Assembly: GCF_963676685.1 (NCBI RefSeq)
Contig: NC_092347.1
Location: forward strand, 26,970,001 to 27,034,000
Length of the DNA: 64,000 nucleotides
From: Mytilus edulis
Lineage: Eukaryota
Direction of reading: 5' to 3'
Shown: piece by piece, positions 40,735 through 51,600 of the stretch
How positions within the stretch are numbered: the stretch's first letter is position 1
Layout: each line of letters starts with the position of its first letter
Translations under genes and position numbers: made by a program
Notes under the pieces: model-generated
The model's input: only the letters and a program-made list of their open reading frames with translations
Databases searched by the model: none
Told to the model about the DNA's origin: nothing

Positions 40735-41290
40735 GGAGGCTTGCAGGTATAAGATTTTCAGAAAAAAATTAAACTTTAATTTTTCATTACAAATTTTATT
40801 TATTACCTTTAGTAGTTGTTACTTTATCATATGGTACAAAAGTGATTCCAAAAAATCAGTTCGTGTTGGCCCCAGGTGACTTTTGAAATGTAGATATCAC
40901 AGAAAAAGCTCCAAATTATCGCCCTTTGGTGCAAAAATGCCATAATTGGCATTAAAATCTCTTTTTTAACTCATCGGTGACCTATATTTTTTATTGTTGT
41001 TTTCAAATAAGCTGTACATAAACTAAATAATTGTAAAATTTAAGCGATTTCTGTAATTAAGTTCTTTTTTTATTTCAATATTACCGTTATTTTTCCTATT
41101 AGTTCAACAGAAAAAAAAGGACAATAACAAAAGTGTATGCATTTTTAAATGGAAGATTGTTAGCGTAAATGAACGGTGACCCCATTTTTTAATTTCATTT
41201 TTCTTTTAAGTATAAGATAAAGTTCATTTATAGAAAAATATGGAGAAATCCTATATTAAATAAAAAAATAGATTTAGACCCGCGAGCCCC
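40735..41290. mobile_element. TTAA-flanked MITE (Kolobok-like)
   Basis: TTAA-GGAGGCTTGCAGGT ... ACCCGCGAGCCCC-TTAA. Internal CGGTGACC motifs are shared with 49007-49604. Confidence 0.7.
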
Positions 41291-41772
41291 TTAATTCTTT
41301 TAATCATTCCATACACCAAATATGATTAACATACTTCTCATAATAACTAAAAAATGCATGCAACAATGATAACCTTACATTGACCATGGCCTTGAACTAT
41401 TGAGTTGATGTGTGAAATAAAAAAAACTTAATGTTAATCACTGTTCCAGAAAATGATGTCAAGGTCAGGTGAACCCTACATAAACGTAAGTATTCAATAA
41501 ACAAAATGAAGTACTGTAGTCCTTTTTCTCATATTATGTTTTATTTATTGCATAATTTGCCATAGTTTATGACAGTTTTCTGAAAGTTTAAGTTGCACTG
41601 ACCCTTCACCACAAACATTTTTTCTGAAATATTCTTTATATATTAAATTCTTAACTTTTGGACCAACATTTCAATTGGAGAAGGGTTGCTTCACCTATCA
41701 AATGATGACAAAGGTAAAAAAATTATACTTACAAAATTAAAACACTAAGCAATACATATACACAAGATTTAC

Positions 41773-41925
41773 CAGTGGCGGATCCAGGGGGGGGGGGGGG
41801 GGGTTCCAGTTTTTTTTTTTTTGGCTGATCAATGCATTTGAATGGGAGCATAAAGTTGGAACCCCCCCCCCCCTTTTACTCTGGGTTGGGAACCCCCCTT
41901 TTTAAAATGGCTGGATCCGCGCCTG
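41773..41925. mobile_element. MITE, 5-bp TSD TTTAC
   Basis: CAGTGGCGGATCCAG ... CTGGATCCGCGCCTG, flanked by TTTAC. Confidence 0.85.
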
Positions 41926-42643
41926 TTTACTCAAATAATTGATGTTTAAAACATACACTGCTCCTTTGAGAATATCTGGTCAATGTATTCAAGATGTCTG
42001 TTTTAAAATTTATATTGAGAAATAAAGGGCTGCTTTGCCTAAATATGTATAACCTTTTTGACAACAACAAAAACAAAACAATTTGAGGTTACAAGAAAAT
42101 GTGTAGCAAACACACTTTAATAGTTAAATACAACTTCTGTCTTAAATAAAAACATATGTATTATGTGTTTGAACACATAACATCCAACTACATTTAGAAA
42201 TGTGTATTGCATGACAGTAAAGATCAGTTAAGATCATCATGTTTTTACTTATGACCATCTAACTTATTTCCCCTTTTACTAGATGAAACACTACAAATGA
42301 AAGATGTACCTTTATGTATTTGACGGTACATTTATATTACATTTTTTCACAAAGTAGATATAAGAAGATGTTGTATGAGTGCCAATGAGACAACTCTACA
42401 CGTATTCTCAATCCAAATCTCAATTGGTAAAAGTATGCCATATTATAGGTCAAAGTTCAGTCTTCAACACAGAGCCTTCAGTCTTCAACACAGAGCCATA
42501 GACATGTACACACATTTGTTCTTTATATATCATACTGCACATATTTCTTTGTTTACTGAATACATTATGGCAAATGCTTGTAGTGAAATATTCTCTACTG
42601 AATGAATCTTTTGACAAAGTAACATTATCTAAACATATATAAA

Positions 42644-45600
42644 TTATATTTGTACACATGACCCACTTTTTAACATTGTTACACATGATGCATGTATTGG
42701 ACTTGTGGGATAAATTTTGATAGGCAAGTCCCACACCATTGTTTCTACATTAATAGTAGCAGGTCCTCTCCAGCTGGCTGAATCATCCATATTTGTAGGT
42801 CTTTCTGATTCAGATATTGGATCACTTGAAGTCACGAACTCAAAATGTAGTCTCCATCTCAAACAAACTGTAAATATTAACAATAAATGTTACATTTTAT
42901 TTATCTAAGTAGGATTCAGTAGGATAAATTCCAAAAATTCTATCTGTTAATTGTCTCCCCTTTTGCATTTTTATAAAGAAATACAAATAAATCTTATCAT
43001 TCTTCGCTTGTTCAAAAATAACAGAACATTTTTGGTATTTATATCATTTGATACAGTGTATTGATGTGTTTTGGTCTATCATTTCAGCCGGCATATCTTT
43101 GTATTTGTTAGAGCAGGGAACAATGATGTGCTTGAATTATTTATATTAGTTTTAAAAGTTTCATTCCTAAATCTATTATAAAGCATTGGGTAGCTGTATT
43201 TAATTTGATATTGGTGTATTAATATGAGTATTTGTTAGTTCTAACCTATATCTGTTATGAAGCATGGAGTAGCTGTGAGTGGTATTGGTATATTGACATG
43301 AGTTTTAGCTGTATGAAGACACATTTCCTGATGTTTGACATAAGACGTCACAGCTGTTCCTTGACCAGGCTTCTTTCTACATTCTTCTGAGATTTGCTCC
43401 TCACTTTGTAATGTTACAGAATACTGAAAAATTAAAGTAGAAAATATTTGAGCCTTTCAAGATATTTGTTGTCATCAAAAAGTACATGCAGAAACATGAA
43501 TGTGTCCATAGTACTGATGACCAACTCACACTATCATTTTCTATGTTCAGTGGACTGGGAAATTGGGGTCAAAACTCTAATTTGGCATTAAAATTAGAAA
43601 GATCATACTGTAGGGAACAGGTGTTCTAAGTTTCAAGCTGATTGGATTTCAAAACTACATTGATCAAAAACTTTAACCTGAAGTAACAGACAAATCTATA
43701 GACTAAAAACATAATGCCCCTAGGTGGGACATTAATGTGTAGGAAACCCCCTAAATTAAATAAAACAAGAATGTGTCCACAGTACACGGATGCCCCACTC
43801 CCACTATCATTTTCTATGTTTAGTGGACCGTGAAATTGGAATAAATTCTCTAATTTGGCATTAAAATTAGAATGATCTTATCAAAGGGAACATGTATACT
43901 AAGTTTCAAGTTGATTGGACTTCTACTTTATCAAAAACTACCTTGACCAAAAACTTTAACCTGAAATTTGCACTATCATTTTCTATGTTCAGTGAACCGT
44001 AAAATTGGGGTCAAAACTATAATTTGGCATTTAAATTAGAAAGATCATATCATAGGGCACATGTATACTAAGTTTCAAGTTGATTGGACTTCAACTTTAT
44101 CAAAAACTACCTTGACCAAAAACTTTAACCTGAAATTTGCACTATCATTTTCTATGTTCAGTGAACCGTAAAATTGGGGTCAAAACTATAATTTGGCATT
44201 TAAATTAGAAAGATCATATCATAGGGCACATGCATACTAAGTTTCAAGTTGATTGGACTTCAACTTCATCAAAAACTACCTTGACCAAAAACTTTAACCT
44301 GAAGCGGGACAGACGGACGAACGAACGAACAGACGGACGGACGAACGGACACACAGACCAGAAAACATAATGCCCTCTACTATCGTAGGTGGGGCATAAA
44401 AATGATTAAAAATTAAAATAACAGGAGAAGATTTTGATGGAAGAACATCATGTTAAAATTAACATAAAAATTAAAAGTTGTCATTTTGTGGCAGTTAATA
44501 ATATCATGGAATAGATTTTCCATTTGAATAAAAGAAGATATGAGCCATACAGCACAAGACAGCAAACCAACAGAGAAAAAACACCTTTTAAAGACGATGA
44601 CAGATCAACATATGTTTTTTTTTTGTACAGGGGGCACACTGGCTTATTGCAAAGCATATAAAAAGACATGTTTCACTTGTGAACATATCTTTTTTCTGGC
44701 TAACTAATCTTAAAAGTGAACAGGATAAAAATAGTTTATACTTTATATAATAGTGATCAATAGCCTGATATGATCTGGGGACATTTAATAATTATGAATA
44801 AGAGTGACAGTTGTATGCATGGCAAATAGGATTTAGTTACTGGTGACCAAATATCACAATTTCTTACAAAAACTCATCCATGATTCAAAGTTTATAATTT
44901 GTATTTGGTATGCCAGATGCAAGTTTTTTTTTTAGAAAATATCCAATCTTGATCAATTTTCATAACATTTGACCAAATCTAAGGATTTCATTTCTTCCAT
45001 TTATATTTTGATTCTGTCATACTGGGACAGATTTAATTGTTTGTAGATCTTTATTTTCTACCAACCTGGACACATGGTATTGTTCCATCTGTGAAGTTGA
45101 ACACACCTACAATGTCTTCACCTAATTTATAGGCTTGCTTAAAAAGTATAAACTTAGCTACTTTTCCTTTGGCATTTGTAATATTGTATGAATCTGAAAT
45201 GAAAAAAGTTTGTTTTATTTTATTGCTTATGTATTTACATTGTATCATAGATCAAATTTATTCATTCAGTGTAATGCCACTTGTGTTAATATGCATATGT
45301 CTTTTGATTGAGTTAAGCCATTTTAATTGATTTTTTATAGTGTGTCTTTCTATGTTGGGATGTTACACTATTTTTCAGATAAGGGTGAAGGTTGGTACCT
45401 ATTAAAATGTTTAAACCCTAAGCCTTAGTCAGGAATCCTATGTACAGTAGTTGTTGTTTGTTGATCTGGTTCAAAAGTGTTTCTTGTTTCTTGTTTCTCA
45501 AATAGGTTCAACCATTGGTTTTCCCATTTGAATGGTTGTACACTAGTCATTTTTGGGGCCCTTCATAGCTTGCTGTTTAGTGTGAGCCAAGACCGTGATG

Positions 45601-48600
45601 AAGGCGTACTTTGACCTATAATGGTTTACTTGTATAAATTGTAACTTGGATTGAGAGTTGTCTCATTGGCACTAATACCACATCTTCTTATATCTATTAT
45701 ATAAAGAAAACATGTCCTTAAAATCTTGTTAAATATTAATAAAAACTTATTAAATGAAAACATGTCATTTAGTCTCTTGTGGAGAGTTGTCTCATTGGAA
45801 ATCATACCACATCTACTTATGCTTAAATGTTAAATGTTAGTATTGCTGTGTTTCTTTTCCATTTGCTTGAGGTATAGGGGGAAGGCTTAGATCTTACAAA
45901 ACATGTTTTTACCCTACCATAGTTTTATAACCTAAATTACATGATTACACATAGTATTTAATTTTTTTTGGTTCATCTATGAAATAATAATAATATGTGA
46001 ACTAAATATAAATATACAGTAAACTTTGCGTCTATCTATGGTAAACAAAAAATATGTCTGGTGTACAAAACTTTAAGTCTGGTAACTTTGATGAGTTCAT
46101 TTTCACTGACCAAATGACAAACTTATTCCAAACCAAGGTGTGATAATGAATTAAGTCTGTACAATATCATGATCAGAAATATTCTACACTTGTTGCCTAC
46201 CAAATTAAAGCTGCCCAGACTAGGCCAACTAAAATTAATTAGTAGATTTTCATCCAAATTTTTGAAAAAAATGGGGCGGGTGGGAGGATTTTATTTTTTA
46301 AATTTTATTTCATATGAAACCTTCTGGTCACGGTTTATTCATATATGCAAGTGTAATAATAAGCTTATATCATGTAAATACATCCATAAGGTGTCTTGTA
46401 TAAGACAGTAACAATCAAAACCAAGGAGTAACCAAAGACTCATAAAACCAAAAGACATTTACATCAACAGTTACAAATAATAGGTAGGAATTAACACGAA
46501 CTCCACTAAAAACCAGGAGTGAAATCAGGTGCTCCGGAAGGGTAAGCATTTCCTGCACCATATACGGCTCCTGTCATGTTATTTCTTTGTTCAGTTCGGT
46601 AATGATGGAAGGTTATTATGACTGAGGAAGAATATCACTGAGATATGATTTCTGACACACTTTTGTCATAATGGCCAATCAGCTCATGATGACGACCATA
46701 AAATTGCTTGAGTGATGACTTTAATTAGATTGATTCATAGCCCTGTCTTATCAACTTTTGAGAAAGCAGTATTTCTCGTTCAACAAATCAATGTACTTTG
46801 AGCTAGCTCTAGAGTAACGTATCAATTGAAACACATATACTCCATATGCTGGTGCCGCTTTTTCAAATTCGTAAATATATATCTCTGATTGGCAATCACT
46901 GTTACTCATGTAATTGCTGCTTTAGATACCTATTTTATAGTAAACAGCAGAAATGAGGAGAAATGCTCTCTTCATTTGGACTACCTCCATCAAATGTATT
47001 TTGCTTTCTAAGCAATGTTTTGTTGTCCTAATAAAATGAAGCAAATGCATTGGTATGCAACACGAGTACGATAAGTACAGAATAAAATGAAAACTTAAAC
47101 AGTGTTGAAATAATAGGGTTGGTCCTTAGTATGCAAGATGCAAATATAATTACAATGTAAAACATAAAGTTGTTTAATGACTCTATCGTCAGTATTGTGA
47201 CAGAGGATGTTTGCTGTTTTTCTACAAAAAACGAAAGGCATGGCTAAATCTTAATCTAAGAGCTTGCTATAAATTAATAAATAAAAAATGCGTATGTTTG
47301 TCGATTTTCTGAACTCAATATACCGTCACCAATCTAAAAAGTTCATGCTTGTGTCAATTTCTTTATTCCAGTCAAATGTGTTCCACGATTCTTACGCTTT
47401 TGGGTTTCATTCACAGTTCAAATTTCTTGACACAAAGTCATTGTATAAATAAAATAAATCCAAGGTGTTTTAGGGAGCTACCATTTGATTTTTATGGGGG
47501 GGCTAGGATGAAATTTTTTTAGCTGTAATCTCTGTCCTGCCTTTTTATTTTTCACTCTGTTCGGTCCTGCATATTTTTTTTTTTAGTTTATCCAGACTTT
47601 TTTTTACCTCAATTGTCGTCCTGACTTTTTTTTATAGCAAGTGTCTCATCCTGCCTTTTTTTTTTTACTCAAAACTCCTGTCCTGCCTATATTTTTTAAA
47701 TTTCATCCTAGCCCCCCCCCCCATAAAAATCAAATGGTAGCTCCCTTATTCACAAACATTTATGTCATTTGTGACATACGGCGATTTGCGTTTTTGGACA
47801 CAGCATATTACTCGTAACCCGAATATTTCATGCCCTTCTCGTAATCAATCTCTATTCTCGGTAAATGATGTTATCATCATAGATCAGAATATATCGACTT
47901 AATGATTTTAGTAAGAATACTCTGAGAAATACGAAAAACCGTATTTTAAAACAGGAAGTTTTACATGAAGGGAAATTATCAACGGTTACCGGTAACGGAA
48001 ATGAACAAAATCCGGAAATCAAAATTTTTTCAAAAATAAAAAAAATCGGGGCGGGAAGATTTCAGAGGGGCGGGCGGGGATGAAAATCTATCAATTAATT
48101 TTAATTGGCCCTATAAGTTAACATACACTTTTCACAACGACCTTCAACTTCAAGCTGCTGTTGTTTTGTTTTTCCTTTCAGTAGACACTAAATGTTGATC
48201 AAACTTACGTGGTGCTTTTCTTGCTGTAACTGTTGATAAAACCTGCATGGCAATATCTAGTAGCGAGTTCTCTGACTGCTGAGGTTTAAGGAATGGATTT
48301 GAGGGTGATACCTCTTCTCCCTCTGTGTACACACTTATATCATTTAAACCTGAATCATACAAGATAACATGATATACTCCCTCTGTGTACACACTTATAT
48401 CATTTAAACCTGAATCATACAAGATAACATGATATACTCCCTCTGTGTACACACTTATATAATTTAAACCTGAATCATACAAGATAACATGATATACTCC
48501 CTCTGTGTACACACTTATATCATTTAAACCTGAATCATACAAGATAACATGATATACTCCCCCTGTATACACACTTATATCATTTAAACCTGAATCATAC

Positions 48601-51600
48601 AAGATAACATGATATACTCCTTTGTGTACACACTTATATCATTTAAACCTGAATCATACAAGATAACATGATATACTCCCTCTGTGTACACACTTATATC
48701 ATTTAAACCTGAATCATACAAGATAACATGATATACTCCCTCTGTGTACACACTTATATCATTTAAACCTGAATCATACAAGATAACATGATATACTCCC
48801 TCTGTGTACACACTTATATCATTTAAACCTGAATCATACAAGATAACATGATATACTCCCTCTGTGTACACGCTTATATCATTTAAACCTGAATCATACA
48901 AGACAACATGATATACTCCCTCTGTGTACACACTTATATAATTTAAACCTGAATCATACAAGATAACATGATATACTCCCTCTGTGTACACACTTATATC
49001 ATTTAAGGTGGTATGGGTGTCTTCCTCCATCTTGGATTGTAAAAAACAGAGAATCAAAGGTCCAGATTTTCCATCAAGTTAGCAAAATTTGATGCAGGAA
49101 TGCAAATGTTTAATGTACATTTTCATTTAAAAGTACCAATTTATAAGAATATAACTTCTAAATAATGATATTTTTGCAAATGTTAATTATTTTTGGTTGT
49201 TTTTTTGTTGTTTTTTTTTTAAATTGGCATTTTAAGGGGAGGTAACTCTAAAAAAGTGCATTTTCTGAAGGATTCTGTATGGAATTTTCCTATTTTGTAT
49301 TTTAGCCGGAAAAAACGTACGGTGACCCTATCTTTTCTTTTGATATTCTCAAAGCAGTGTCTGAAAGCTATCTTTTCCTGAAGTATTTAACAATTCTATT
49401 ATTTTGTTTAGTTTCTAATCACAAAATGGGGTTTTTACCTGTATAATCCATACAAAATGTGTCATTTTGTCCCGTCCTGTAGCTTGAGAAAATGCGCAGT
49501 GACCTATCATTTTTATTATATTTTTCAACATGTATCAATAGATACAACGTTTTGACAAAGTATGAACAAATTCTATCATTTTTATTTTAGACTCCCATAC
49601 CACCTTAAACCTAAATTATACAAGATAACATGATATACTCCCTCTGTGTACACACTTATATCATTTAAACCTGAATCATACAAGATAACATGATATACTC
49701 CCTCTGTGTACACACTTATATAATTTAAACCTAAATCATACAACATAACATTATATACTCCCTCTGTGTACACACTTATATCATTTAAACCTGAATCATA
49801 CAAGATAACATGATATACTCCCTCTGTGTACACACTTATATCATTTAAACCTAAATCATACAAAATAACATGATATTATGTCAACATCTCTAACTAGACA
49901 TCATTGAGATGGGAGTCATTCAGCTTGGCCCTAACTATCATGTATAATAAATGCTTTGATAATTTTATGATTTTAATTTCAAGGCAAATTGTACTAACAC
50001 ATTTCTTTAACACAAGAGAGTTGTAGGTCTTTTCTATTATGTTTTACCCTTATCTTTGTCTGCTTTGAACATATACAATACAACTCACTAATATCCTCTG
50101 TTGTTATACAACACAGTGAATCTATTTATTCTAAACCATTGTGTTCTTATTCATCTTATTCACTTTCTATGCGCTGCCTTCAAAAAGAATTGTAATTTGC
50201 TAATACATGTACTGTATTGCAAATGCAGAAGATCCAATCCAATAAGGAAAAATCTTGAAAATATCTGTTGGGGTAAATTTGATCTTTCAAAAAAGGTAAA
50301 AAATAGAAAAACAGAAAATGCAAATATCAAACCTCATGAAAATAATCAATTTAGTATAAATTTGTGTTTTCTTTACCGTGTAATACCATAACTCTAAATG
50401 GCATTCTGATAAGTTTTGTTGGCTGATTAAATTTCTGTGCACCAATTGTAACTTTGTAAGAATACTTCACCGCCTGGCCTTTATAGGAAGGTGGAGAGTC
50501 CACAGGTATTACATCTTCATATATAACTAAAAATAAATGAAACATTATTTATAAATCTGTCCTTTATCAGGAAGATCAATAGTCTACAGGTATCACATCT
50601 TCATATATAACTAAAAAATAAAATGAAACATTATTTATAAATCTGTCCTTTATCAGGAAGATCAAGAGTCTACAGTATCACATCTTCATATATAACTAAA
50701 AAATAAAATGAAACATTATTTAAAAGCCAGTTTTTTATATTACAGACAGGTGGACTTGTCAGGTATCACATCTTCATAAGTTCATATACTGTAATAGCGA
50801 CATTATAAATAAGTAAGAGTTATCTATCCTTACATTGAATGTTGCTGTGTGCTTATCTTTAAGAGAATCTATGTAATGAATATGTGCAAGACCTGATGTG
50901 TTTGATTAAAGATGGTACCATCAATGGTATTAAGCATTTGTATATGCCTTTGGTTTAATCTAGTAAACTCGTCCAATAGCGACATTACATATACAATTTA
51001 TAAACAAAACATAATATCTTTTACAACCTCTCCCGTTATGCAAACAGAGTCTAGGTTTCTGAGATGAACAGTAGAGTTTTGCTCTTTTGAAGATGACTAA
51101 CAAAATTGAAAGAATCTTAACTAATCATTGATTTATTGGATGATATCAGCATAAATAGACATTGTATGCCTACTGTAAGGATGCAGTCTTATTTACATAT
51201 AATCTCCTGATCAATTTTACTGGAAGAGTCAAAATCTTTATTTAATAATAGTTTTGTAATCAGCAATATACTGATTTTCTGCATTTTCATCAAATATTTG
51301 TATACATATATATATACATATTTAGGCAAATGTTTTTATGTTGTGATGTTACACTATTGTTTCAGATAAGGGTGACGGTTAGAACCTACTAAAATGTTTA
51401 AACCCGCTGCATTTGTTTGCACCTGTTCTTATATGTCTTAGTGAAGAATCTGATGTTTAGTAGTTGTCTTTTGTTGATGAGGTTCATAAGTTTTCTCGTT
51501 TCTCATATAGATTAGACCCTTGGTTTTCCGTTTGAATGGTTTTACTCTAGTCATTTTTGGAGCCCTTTATAGCTTGCTGTTTGGTGTAAGCCAAGGCTCC

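Larger units (their letters stand above)
46223..48110. mobile_element. 1.9-kb non-autonomous PIF/Harbinger-like element with nested insertions
   Basis: ~33-bp TIR GGCCAA.TAAAATTAATT..TAGATTTTCATCC, 3-bp TSD CTA, subterminal GGGCGGG repeats. Confidence 0.75.

Noticed and set aside
48584-49863. Repetitive ORFs as independent genes
   Set aside because: By-products of the 60-bp array, with no start or promoter evidence.
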